NCBI GenBank assembly: GCA_964607705.1
Contig: CAZSLI010000004.1
Location: forward strand, 15,750-79,749
Source: an uncultured Eubacteriales bacterium
GTDB lineage: Bacteria > Actinomycetota > Coriobacteriia > Anaerosomatales > PHET01
Direction of reading: 5' to 3'
DNA: 64,000 nucleotides
Shown one piece after another: positions 1 through 8,633 of this stretch; position 1 is the stretch's first letter, and each line of letters begins with the position of its first letter. Below the pieces are notes generated by a model, which made no database searches, was not told the DNA's origin, and was given only the letters and a program-made list of their open reading frames with translations. The translations under genes and the position numbers were made by a program.

Positions 1-1070
1 CCGTGACACGAGAAGCACGCGGCCGCGTACGTGCCTTGCGTCTGGTCGGTCGCGAGCGTGCTCTGCGTCGTGGGCCGGTACTGCGCCACAAGCCCGTCGT
101 AGGCACTCGGTCCGCGATGCGCCGCATGACAATTCAGGCAGTCGCCCTTCGTCCGCCCTGCTGCCGAGGACGCCGGCAGTGAGCCGTGCGGGTTGGAGTC
201 AGCAAGGTACGCCGCCTCACCGGGGAAGGTGCCGAGCACGGGATAGCCCGCCGAGTTGGTCTTGGGCGCAGCCACGTCGGGATAGGGCGTCGCGCTCGTC
301 CAGCCGGACGGCTTCGCATGGCAGCTGAGACACCACGCGGTGTTTCCGCCGGCAGTGGTCCGACCCTGGATCACCGGCTGGGGGTTGCGCGGGTTCTTGG
401 CCGGGTCCAAGTGGGGGCTGTGGCAGCTGGCGCACGAGGCCGTGGTGTTGGCGGCATCGCCGGTCTCCTCGATCGAGTGACCGCTCGTCAGGGCGAAGGA
501 GTCATCGGCGCCATCGAACACGTCGTACTTGGACCCGACACCCGAGTGGCACGAGAAGCAGACGCCCGAGTCGCCCGAGGGCACGGACGCGGGCCGCGCG
601 AGCGTGCCGTCGACAGCAGCCACGTGAGTCGAATGACACTGGGCGCAGGTACGCGATCCCTCGTTGGCGGTGCCGTGGGGCGAGAGCGTGTCACGGGCAA
701 CGATGGGGCCCGCAGGGTCCGACAGCGCCGACTGTCCCTGGCCGGTGACCGCGCTTACGCGGTAGTAGTAGCTCTGCCCCTCCGAGGAGAACGTGTCCTC
801 GTAGAGCTGCTGGTCGGTCGAACCGATCAGGTAGGCACGTCCGTCAGGCATGGCTGCACGCCACACGCGGTACTCGGTGCCGTCGCTATCGGCCGTGCCC
901 GGCTCCCAGCTAACGACCGCGACCGTCGCCGTCGTATCGCCGGGCCGCGCTGTCACGTTCACGGGCACGTCGGCGCCCAGACCTGCGCGCGCCTGAGCGA
1001 CCGCAAAGGCCGCCCCGCCGACCAGCAGAAGTGCCCCGAGCATCATGGCGAGGGCGAAACGGTTCTGCAC
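1..1070 (-). CDS. Secreted multiheme cytochrome c with N-terminal fibronectin type III domain (3' end truncated by window edge)
   Basis: Manual minus-strand translation from GTG at 1070 is open to the edge: signal-like MQNRFALAMMLGALLLVGGAAFAVAQARA, FN3-like segment (VVSWEP...EYRVWR...YYYRVSAV), then CAQCH (633-647), CFSCH (546-560), CASCH (420-434), CLSCH (318-332), CLNCH (126-140), CFSCH (3-17). Not in the ORF track because it has no stop in the window. Confidence 0.9.
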   Translation of the reverse strand, partial: MQNRFALAMMLGALLLVGGAAFAVAQARAGLGADVPVNVTARPGDTTATVAVVSWEPGTADSDGTEYRVWRAAMPDGRAYLIGSTDQQLYEDTFSSEGQSYYYRVSAVTGQGQSALSDPAGPIVARDTLSPHGTANEGSRTCAQCHSTHVAAVDGTLARPASVPSGDSGVCFSCHSGVGSKYDVFDGADDSFALTSGHSIEETGDAANTTASCASCHSPHLDPAKNPRNPQPVIQGRTTAGGNTAWCLSCHAKPSGWTSATPYPDVAAPKTNSAGYPVLGTFPGEAAYLADSNPHGSLPASSAAGRTKGDCLNCHAAHRGPSAYDGLVAQYRPTTQSTLATDQTQGTYAAACFSCH

Positions 1071-1319
1071 GGTGACGACTGACGGTGGCAACGACGTCGA
1101 GCGGACGGACTCTATGAGGATCCCGATAGCGCGGGAGACTTGGTTTCGCGTGTTCACGATACGCGCGTTAGTGCAGGAGGCATGCCATGGCGGCCACATG
1201 AGAAGACCCACACAATTCGTCCACACCGCAACAATCTGAGGACAGGGGTCCAACGGCCCGCCGTACCGGTGGGGTATGAACGCAATGAGTCCGCCCGACA
1301 TCCGAAAGGGGCTTTCGTC

Positions 1320-2111
1320 ATGCCGCTTCCCCAGGTGGGCGAACAGGCCCCTTCACTCTCTCTGCCGAGCCATCTCGGAGACATCGTCAGCCTTGATGAA
1401 CTGCGCGGAAAGAACATCGTGATCGCGTTCTTCCCTCTCGCATTCACTCCCGTTTGAACCAACCAGATCCCCTCGTACGAGCAGGCGCTCAGCCGCTTCG
1501 AGGGGATGAACACCCAGGTCATGGGTGTGAGCGTTGACCATGTGCCGGCGCTGATGGCGTGGGCGGAGTCCTTGGGGGGCATCAGCTTCCCGCTGCTTTC
1601 GGATTTCTGGCCGCATGGAGCTGCCGCTGAGGCGTGGGGCGTGTTCCGGCATGAGGACGGCCACTCAGAGCGAGCGTTGTTCATCCTGGATGCAGAAGGC
1701 ATCGTTCGGTACGTGGACGTCCACGACATCGCCGACCAGCCCGATAACGAGACGCTCTTCGCCGAGCTGGCCAAGCTGGAACCCGAGTCGGCCGGCCGCC
1801 TCCTCGCTGCAGAGTCGTCCCCCCAGACCGGATCCGATGCACCCGTGTCCCCCGACCGACAGGAGACCTTGTCCGACGGGGTGCTGATGTACTGCCGCTC
1901 ATGGTGTCCCGACTGTCGGCGCGCCCGCGACTGGCTCGACCGCGAGGGCATCTCCTACGTCGAGATAGATGTTGATCAGGACGCCGTGGCGCGTGAAAGG
2001 GCCGCCTCTCACAACGAAGGCCGACTCCACACACCGACCTTCGAGATCGGCGAAGAGGTGTGCGTCGATTTCCAGCCACAACGCATCAGGCAGCTCCTCG
2101 ACATGATGTGA
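1320..2111 (+). CDS. Selenocysteine-containing AhpE-type peroxiredoxin fused to a glutaredoxin domain (Sec at codon 46)
   Basis: ORFs 1140-1457 and 1506-2111 are in one frame, separated only by TGA 1455-1457, which falls at the peroxidatic Cys position (FFPLAFTPV-U-TNQ; later SDFWPHG, SERALFILD). C-terminal Grx domain with WCPDC. Confidence 0.88.
1469..1505 (+). promoter_or_regulatory. Putative bacterial SECIS element
   Basis: CCCCTCG (1469-1475) pairs with CGAGGGG (1499-1505); apical GAGC-AGGC-GCTC hairpin; stem starts 11 nt after the UGA; loop GG at +27/+28. Confidence 0.75.
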
Positions 2112-2312
2112 CTCCCGATAGGGGAAGACGCGCCCATCACAGCTGAGGAGCCATTCACCGCCCGCGCGAGACAAGCCGCTCACGGCGTTCCTGCAGCCAC
2201 TCGCGAAGTTACCGCGGGTTAGTTGCTAGTACCACGGCTTACCCACTGGAATATCCCGCGCTCCGCTGGCACAATGGCGGCAGAATGATGCGGACTGCGG
2301 CGAGGGGGCGGC

Positions 2313-2894
2313 ATGAGCAAGAAGGCACGCGGGGAAGGCCGAGCAAGAGACGACGCCCATAACCCGAGCGATTTCGCTCTCCAGTCGTACGGTCGCGCGG
2401 TCAACTACCTATCGCGAAGCTACCAGTCGTATCTCGACACCGTGACTGCCCCCTACGGCGTCTCAAGCGCCCACGTCCCGCTACTCGTCTACCTTTGGGA
2501 GGGTAACTCCGGAGAGACGCAGAACGAGATCGCTCGCGCGCTCGGCGTGGACAAGGGAACGATATCCCGGAACGTACAGGCCCTACTGCGGCTCGGCCTG
2601 GTGACGCAGACCGAGTGTACGCGCGACTCCCGCGCCTGCACCGTGGACCTCACCGATGAGGGCCGTCGCCTCTCACAGCCCATCGGCAAGATGTCCGATG
2701 ACTGGGCCGCGGGCGTGACAGGCCACCTCTCGGAGGAGGACCGTGTGCGCGTGCTGGCGGACCTGCAGTCGATGATCGTCCGGTCGGACGCGCTCATCCA
2801 GGGTGCCAAGGCAGCTCACGCCGGCATGGCGGCCGCGAGCTTCGTGGACGCTTCCGTGCCCGACATCACCGCGCAGGCGGTCGAGACGGTCTAA
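2313..2894 (+). CDS. MarR family transcriptional regulator
   Basis: wHTH pattern TQNEIARALGVDKGTISRNVQALLRLGLV...D.R...V.LT.EG. Confidence 0.88.
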   Translation: MSKKARGEGRARDDAHNPSDFALQSYGRAVNYLSRSYQSYLDTVTAPYGVSSAHVPLLVYLWEGNSGETQNEIARALGVDKGTISRNVQALLRLGLVTQTECTRDSRACTVDLTDEGRRLSQPIGKMSDDWAAGVTGHLSEEDRVRVLADLQSMIVRSDALIQGAKAAHAGMAAASFVDASVPDITAQAVETV

Positions 2895-3265
2895 CTCTCC
2901 TGCTCGGACTCTCCGGCCGCACCGTCTGTGCGGTCGTCCGACGCGGGTGCACCAGTCTGGGGCGCATCGGCTGACAGCGGCTCGCGCGCCGGTTCCGACG
3001 CGCCCGTACCGGGCAGCAGACCTGCAGCGTACTTGACTGCCGTCATCGAGCCGAAGGCGGCGCCCAGCCAAGCATCGGCAGCCAACGCCTCCCCACCGAC
3101 AGCGGCCTGGAACGCCATGTAGGTGCAGACCAGAAAGCATCCCGCCACGCCGATGAACCATGCGATGCCGTGAAGCTTGAGGCGACGACCCACGACCCAG
3201 CCCACGACGGCGCCTGCTGTGAGGCCGCCGAACGTCGATGCTATGACCGCGGCAGTCTGGTTCAC
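2891..3265 (-). CDS. Small membrane protein, unknown function
   Basis: About 3 hydrophobic segments; GTG start overlaps the upstream stop (GTGA coupling). Confidence 0.6.
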   Translation of the reverse strand: MNQTAAVIASTFGGLTAGAVVGWVVGRRLKLHGIAWFIGVAGCFLVCTYMAFQAAVGGEALAADAWLGAAFGSMTAVKYAAGLLPGTGASEPAREPLSADAPQTGAPASDDRTDGAAGESEQES

Positions 3266-4203
3266 GCTGTGATGGCCCCTGCCCGAGCGGACGGGTCGAC
3301 GCCTGCTGCGACCCGGGCCTGTTCGTCTGCGTAGAGCAACCACAAAGCCTGCGTACCGAGTTCGGAGCCGCCCGACTGCTCAAGGAGCTGGTAGAGCCGC
3401 TTCGCCAGCTCGAGTCCCGGCAGCGCCGCCCCTCGCTCGTCCGCCTCGGCGATCGCGATGCGCAGGTCCTTCACGAAGTGCTTCACGAAGAAGCCGGGCG
3501 CAAGGTCGCCGGACAGGATCCTCGGCGCGAGATTGGTGAGCGACCACGAGGCAGCCGAGCCCGCTGAGACGGACGCGAGAACCTTGGCACGATCGAGACC
3601 AGCCGCTTGGGCATACGCGAGCATCTCCACGGTCGCCAGCATGGAGCCGGCGATCGCCACCTGGTTGGCCATCTTGGCGTGTTGGCCCGCGCCCGGTCCG
3701 CCCTGCAGCACGATGCTCTTGCCGAGTACCTCGAACACCGGGACGGCCGCTTCGAAGTCTGCCTCGGCGCCGCCTACCATGATGGTGAGCGTGGCGTTCC
3801 GGGCCCCCACGTCGCCACCCGAGACCGGTGCGTCGAGCATCCTGAGGCCTCGCTGCGCGGCCTCCTCGGCGATGCGCGTCGCCAATCCCGGCGACGAGGT
3901 CGTCATGTCGATGAGAAGGCTGCCCTTGGCGGCGTTGTCCAGGATGCCGTCCACCCCGAGGTAGACCTCCTCCACATCGCTGGGATAGCCAACCATGGTG
4001 ATGACGACATCTGCCTCGTGCGCCGCCGCGCCGGGGCTGTCGGCCCACGCGGCTCCTGCAGCGATCAGGGCCTCGGCCTTCGCTCGAGTGCGGGAGTAGA
4101 CGGTCAGCTCGTGGCCGGCGCGCAGCAGGTGCCCAGCCATGGACGTGCCCATGACTCCCGTGCCGATGAATGCTATCCGTCTCGGGCTGATGTCACTCGG
4201 CAT
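3262..4203 (-). CDS. NAD(P)-dependent oxidoreductase, 3-hydroxyisobutyrate/tartronate semialdehyde reductase family
   Basis: IAFIGTGVMG Rossmann motif, DAPVSGG, GQHAKMANQ, FFVKHFVKDL. Confidence 0.9.
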   Translation of the reverse strand: MPSDISPRRIAFIGTGVMGTSMAGHLLRAGHELTVYSRTRAKAEALIAAGAAWADSPGAAAHEADVVITMVGYPSDVEEVYLGVDGILDNAAKGSLLIDMTTSSPGLATRIAEEAAQRGLRMLDAPVSGGDVGARNATLTIMVGGAEADFEAAVPVFEVLGKSIVLQGGPGAGQHAKMANQVAIAGSMLATVEMLAYAQAAGLDRAKVLASVSAGSAASWSLTNLAPRILSGDLAPGFFVKHFVKDLRIAIAEADERGAALPGLELAKRLYQLLEQSGGSELGTQALWLLYADEQARVAAGVDPSARAGAITA

Positions 4204-5095
4204 GTCGTGTCCTTTCGTGGGGGCCGGGCTGAAGAACCGGCGGTGAGACGAGATCTACGCGTGTGTAGGCGACGCGAAAGCCGAGACGCTCCATGTTTCG
4301 CTGGGAGCCGCTGCCCGGTGATGATTCGGTCACAGCCAACTCGCATCCCCTCTCCGCACCGAGCTTCAGCCGCGCCAGCTGCAACGCACGCTGCACCCCG
4401 CGTCGGCGAAACTCCGGGAGCGTGGCGTCGGCCGACAACCAGGCGATGCTGTCTTGCACGTAGAGTTCGCCGGTCCCGGCGGGGCGGCCATCGACGAACG
4501 CCATGAGCAAGGTCGTGCCGGGCCGGTCCGCGACGACGCGGGACAGCGCCAAGTGCGAAGCCGGTGGTTCGAGCGGCGCCGAGAACCCGACCGCAGCGAC
4601 GTGTGCCCATACGGCGCGTCCTTCGTCGGTATCGATCACGCGAATGTCCACGTCCGACTGCACATCCACTAGTCTGTCATGCGCCTCGTAGGCGCGCACG
4701 AGCACGTTCTCGAAGCCATCGAGCCTCCACCCGAGGTCCGCCATCCGGAGCAACAGACTGCGATCGACGAACGGCGAGAGAACGGCAACGCCTTGCTGCT
4801 CCCGGTCGGCGTAGAACGAGTGGAGCGCTCGTGCGTCCTCGGCGGTGACCGCGGTTGACTGCAGGCCCAGGCCGATAGCCTGGTTCACCGGCGAGCCTTC
4901 GCCGAGGTACACCGCGACGCCGCCGGCCACCTCGAGAAGCGCCGCATCGGAGTACGGATCGCTGGCGCGGGCGGTCTCGACGAAACGCCGCATCTCCTCG
5001 GCGGAAAGCGCCTCAAGACGAGACGTGAGCGCGTGATCGGCGAACTGATGCAACGACCCTCCCGAAGCCAATCCCCTGTCGTCGTAGGGTACCAT
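4193..5095 (-). CDS. GNAT family N-acetyltransferase
   Basis: ATLPEFRRRGVQRAL acetyl-CoA motif and SQRNMERLGF; start set at ATG 5095. Confidence 0.82.
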   Translation of the reverse strand: MVPYDDRGLASGGSLHQFADHALTSRLEALSAEEMRRFVETARASDPYSDAALLEVAGGVAVYLGEGSPVNQAIGLGLQSTAVTAEDARALHSFYADREQQGVAVLSPFVDRSLLLRMADLGWRLDGFENVLVRAYEAHDRLVDVQSDVDIRVIDTDEGRAVWAHVAAVGFSAPLEPPASHLALSRVVADRPGTTLLMAFVDGRPAGTGELYVQDSIAWLSADATLPEFRRRGVQRALQLARLKLGAERGCELAVTESSPGSGSQRNMERLGFRVAYTRVDLVSPPVLQPGPHERTRHAE

Positions 5096-5147
5096 TTGCC
5101 CCGGCTCCCGAAGTGCGGGGAGGCAGCCAGGCCGGAAGGACGCGCTC

Positions 5148-5861
5148 GTGCCCGAAATGAGCGAGGAACAGCAGGTAGCAGTCGGCGCGGGAAGGCCCAA
5201 GCGAAGGCTGTCGAGGGGCGCCATCGTGGGGATCGGCATCGCCGTCGCGGTCGTCATCGGCTTCGCGGCGCTGACCGTTTGGGCGCTGGGGCGCTCGAGT
5301 GGCACGCCGGGCGGGTTCGCCGAGCAGCAGAGCGCTTGGTCCTCGGCGATGGCGAAGGCGGGCGTCGAAGCGACCTACCCTGCCGGACCCGTCGATGTCA
5401 CGAAGGTGCGCGCAACGGGATCGCACCCGTTCTCGGCGACGTTCACCGCCGAGGAAGTGAGCGCTCTGCTCGCGGTCTACCGCTTCTCGACCGAGTCGGC
5501 GGGAGCGAAAGTCGGACTCAAGCGCGCGCAGGTGGGGTTCCCCGAGGCGGGCGTAGCGCAGATCGACGCCACCATGCGCGTGGACGACTCGTCGTACTCG
5601 GCGAAGGCTCTCGCGCCGGTCGTCTTCGAGAACGGCCGCGTGCGCCTGTCGAAGAGCGGTGCCGAGGCGTCGGTCGAGGGCTTCAAGCTCAAGGGCGGGC
5701 AGCTCGGCCAGCTCGTGAGCGTGACCGAGTCCTACCTCAACGACTTCATCGCCGCGGCGCCCGGCCTGCGCATCGAGTCGGCGCGCATCGTGAATGGCGG
5801 CATCGAGATGACCGGCACGGCGCCGACTCGCATCGAGAACCCCTCACCTATCCCCGAGTAG
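5148..5861 (+). CDS. Membrane-anchored protein of unknown function (one N-terminal TM, beta-rich outer domain)
   Basis: Basic patch, then AIVGIGIAVAVVIGFAALTVWAL; codon usage consistent with a real gene. Confidence 0.65.
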   Translation: MPEMSEEQQVAVGAGRPKRRLSRGAIVGIGIAVAVVIGFAALTVWALGRSSGTPGGFAEQQSAWSSAMAKAGVEATYPAGPVDVTKVRATGSHPFSATFTAEEVSALLAVYRFSTESAGAKVGLKRAQVGFPEAGVAQIDATMRVDDSSYSAKALAPVVFENGRVRLSKSGAEASVEGFKLKGGQLGQLVSVTESYLNDFIAAAPGLRIESARIVNGGIEMTGTAPTRIENPSPIPE

Positions 5862-5876
5862 CGATCGCCCGGCGGC

Positions 5877-6458
5877 CTAGTTCCCGGCGTGCAGCCGCTC
5901 CATGACCCACGCCATGTTCTCGCCGAGCCGGGTCATCGTGCGCATGCCCTCGGCGTCCTCGGCGACCTCACCCTTCTCCCGGCCGATACCGATGTTCCAG
6001 TAGCTCGAGCCGACCACGATCATCTCGCTGATCAGGAAGAAGTGGTTGATCGTGTCGAAGGCGTGCATGGCTCCGGCGCGGCGAACGGCGATGACGGCTG
6101 CCCCCGGCTTGCGCTGCAGCAGCTCGGGACGCGAGCGGGCGACGTAACCGGCGCGGTCGATGAGCGCCTTCATCTCCGCGGAGACGTCGGCGAAATACGT
6201 GGGGCTACCCAGCAGCACCGCGTCGGCGGCGAAGATCGAGGCGATGATGTCGTTGCCCGCATCGCGGCGGCCATGGCAGGCGCCGTCACCTATCTCGCGA
6301 CACTTGCCGCATGCCGTGCAGCCGCGCACCTCGCGGCCGCCGATCTCGATGAGCTCACAGTCGTGGCCGGCTGCCTGCAGCGGCGCCAGCGCCTCCTGAA
6401 GCAGGCGGGCGGTGTTGCCACCACGGCGGGCCGATCCGGAAACGGCGACGACTTTCAT
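5877..6458 (-). CDS. Flavodoxin family / iron-sulfur flavoprotein (NADPH-dependent FMN reductase fold)
   Basis: MKVVAVSGSARRGGNT, GCTACGKC...C Cys motif, GSPTYF, KALIDR; AGGAG RBS. Confidence 0.88.
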   Translation of the reverse strand: MKVVAVSGSARRGGNTARLLQEALAPLQAAGHDCELIEIGGREVRGCTACGKCREIGDGACHGRRDAGNDIIASIFAADAVLLGSPTYFADVSAEMKALIDRAGYVARSRPELLQRKPGAAVIAVRRAGAMHAFDTINHFFLISEMIVVGSSYWNIGIGREKGEVAEDAEGMRTMTRLGENMAWVMERLHAGN

Positions 6459-6546
6459 CGGCATGACTCCTGAGTACGAGCGGACGGGGCGGCCAATTCG
6501 GCGCACTCCACTGTACCTGCGACGTGCCCGGGCGGGAAAGCGTAGG

Positions 6547-7068
6547 TCAGGGCGTAGTCTCACCCGCGGGCTCGGCCGGCAGCACATCAGCCTTCTCGGG
6601 CGCAATGAGCGCCAGCCAGAAGACGCGGTCGGCGATGAGCAGCGCGGTCCCGATGCCGATGTAGAGCGCACCCAGGATCCCGGCGCCGATGACGCCCGGA
6701 TGCACGACGAGGTTCCGGATGAGGATGCCGCCGCCCATCATGAGGGCGACCAGCCCCCAGGAACGCGCCGAAAAGAAGCCGAAGAAGCAGGCGCGGCCGC
6801 GTTGCCTGATGCGAGCGACGGCCTTGGTGGCTATCCGGTCCAGGAGGTAGCGCGACTTCACGACGCCCAAGGCGAGCGCGATGCCGAGAACCCACGCGTG
6901 CCAGTAGCGGCCACTCACGTAGCCGGTTCCACGAACCAGCAGGATCCCGGCACCGACCATCCACATGAGCGCCGCAGCGGCCAGCTGCACCTTCACGCCG
7001 GCACGCGGCGTGAACCGGCTGCCGGAGCGGGGCGTGGCCGCGGTGATGTCGTTCGTTGAGTCAGTCAT
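6547..7068 (-). CDS. Conserved membrane protein (about 4 TM)
   Basis: Hydrophobic helices, CFFGFFSARSWGLVALMM motif; AAGGTGG RBS before ATG 7068. Confidence 0.65.
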   Translation of the reverse strand: MTDSTNDITAATPRSGSRFTPRAGVKVQLAAAALMWMVGAGILLVRGTGYVSGRYWHAWVLGIALALGVVKSRYLLDRIATKAVARIRQRGRACFFGFFSARSWGLVALMMGGGILIRNLVVHPGVIGAGILGALYIGIGTALLIADRVFWLALIAPEKADVLPAEPAGETTP

Positions 7069-7199
7069 GCCCCACCTTAAAGCAGACGGCGTGCCGACGG
7101 TCGCGTGCCACCTTACACGATGCGCGTTCCACTCCCACGCGAAGCAGCATCGGCCGTGGCGGGAATATCGCATGCGTCGGCTGGCACCGCAGCGACGCC

Positions 7200-7238
7200 A
7201 AGGGTATGTTATGCGATACGGCGGCAATTCTATGCAGT
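7200..7238 (+). promoter_or_regulatory. Possible degenerate tandem ARG boxes
   Basis: TATGCG (7210) and TATGCA (7231) half-sites repeat with a 21-nt period upstream of the arcE-like/arcC pair; left half-sites match poorly. Confidence 0.3.
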
Positions 7239-7277
7239 CGGTGTCAGCCCGAGCCGAGCGTTCAGGGGAGGAGCATC

Positions 7278-8633
7278 ATGCCAGCGTCAGAGAACAACAC
7301 CCGACGCGTGATCGTCATGGGAGCAGCAGGTCGCGACTTTCATGACTTCCTCGTCGCGCTGCGCGACGATGACTCGGTCGAGGTGGTGGCGTTCACCGCG
7401 ACGCAGATTCCCGGCATCGATGGTCGCACCTTCCCCGCCGCGCTGGCCGGACCTCGCTATCCCGGCGGCATCGAGATCTATCCCGAAACCGAACTTGCGC
7501 GGCTCATCGCGGAGCTGGACGCCGACGAGGTCGTGTTCGCCTATTCCGACGTCGCTCACACGGACCTCATGCATAAGGCCTCGCTCGTCCTCGCCCACGG
7601 CGCTGACTTCCGGCTCATCGGCCCCAAGCGTTCGATGATCGAGTCGACCAAGCCCGTCATCAGCGTCTGCGCGGTGCGCACCGGCGTGGGCAAGTCGGGG
7701 CTCTCGAGGCGCGTCTTCGAACACCTGACCGCCCGCGGTCTGCGCGTGGTCGATGTTCGCCACCCCATGCCCTACAGGGACCTGACCGCGATGGCCGTCG
7801 AACGCTATGCCAGCATCGAAGATCTCGATCGCCTCGGCGTCACCGTCGAGGAGCGCGAAGAGTACGAACCGCTGATCGAGATCGGCGGCATCGTGATGGC
7901 CGGCGTCGACTACGAGGCCATTCTGCGGGCGGCAGAGGCCGAGGCCGACGTCATCGTCTGGGACGGCGGAAACAACGACTGGCCCTTCTTCAAGTCGGAC
8001 CTTGAGATCGTGGCGCTCGACCCCCACCGGGTGGGGCATGAGCGCGCGTACTACCCGGGCGAGGTCAACTTCTTGCGTGGCGACGTCCTCGTGATCAACA
8101 AGGTCGACACCGCCGAGCCGGACAAGGTCGAGGAGCTCGTCGCCACCGCGCGGCGTTTCAACCCGGGCGCGACCCTCATCCGCACCGCCCTCGACATCCA
8201 TGCCGACGATGACGATCTGATGCGCGGCAAGATGGTACTCGCGGTCGAGGATGGCCCGACGGTCACCCACGGCGGCATGCCGTACGGCGCCGCAGCGTTG
8301 TCCGCCGAGAACGGCGGGGCGGCGGGCCTCGTCGATCCCACCCCGTACGCCGTCGGCTCGCTCAAGGACACGTTCAAGGCGTACCCGCATATGACCAAAG
8401 TACTGCCGGCCATGGGATACTCCCCCGAGCAGTTGGCCGACCTCGAGGCCACGATCAACGCGACCCCCTGCGATGTCGTCGCCATCGGCACGCCGATCGA
8501 CTTGGCACGCCTCATCCACATAGACAAGCCTCACGTGCGCATCAACTACGACGTAAAGGACGCTGGTATGCCTACGCTCGACGACGTGCTGGACAGATTC
8601 TTGAATGAGCAGGGAGTCCTCGGTGATAGCTGA
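7278..8633 (+). CDS. COG2403 P-loop protein (cyclic 2,3-diphosphoglycerate synthase-like); probable arginine synthetase ArcE
   Basis: MGAAGRDFHDF, AFTATQIP, AVRTGVGKS P-loop, RHPMPY, EEREEYEP, WDGGNND, VEDGPTVTHGGM; overlaps the carbamate kinase gene. Confidence 0.78.
   Translation: MPASENNTRRVIVMGAAGRDFHDFLVALRDDDSVEVVAFTATQIPGIDGRTFPAALAGPRYPGGIEIYPETELARLIAELDADEVVFAYSDVAHTDLMHKASLVLAHGADFRLIGPKRSMIESTKPVISVCAVRTGVGKSGLSRRVFEHLTARGLRVVDVRHPMPYRDLTAMAVERYASIEDLDRLGVTVEEREEYEPLIEIGGIVMAGVDYEAILRAAEAEADVIVWDGGNNDWPFFKSDLEIVALDPHRVGHERAYYPGEVNFLRGDVLVINKVDTAEPDKVEELVATARRFNPGATLIRTALDIHADDDDLMRGKMVLAVEDGPTVTHGGMPYGAAALSAENGGAAGLVDPTPYAVGSLKDTFKAYPHMTKVLPAMGYSPEQLADLEATINATPCDVVAIGTPIDLARLIHIDKPHVRINYDVKDAGMPTLDDVLDRFLNEQGVLGDS

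Noticed and set aside
186-1082. 298-aa plus-strand ORF
   Set aside because: Antisense shadow of the multiheme cytochrome; Arg/Gly-rich with no motifs.
1140-2111. Pseudogene or split-gene reading of the peroxiredoxin (same for the thioredoxin at 35086-35955)
   Set aside because: In both genes the stop is TGA, in frame, at the catalytic Cys position and followed by a SECIS-like hairpin.
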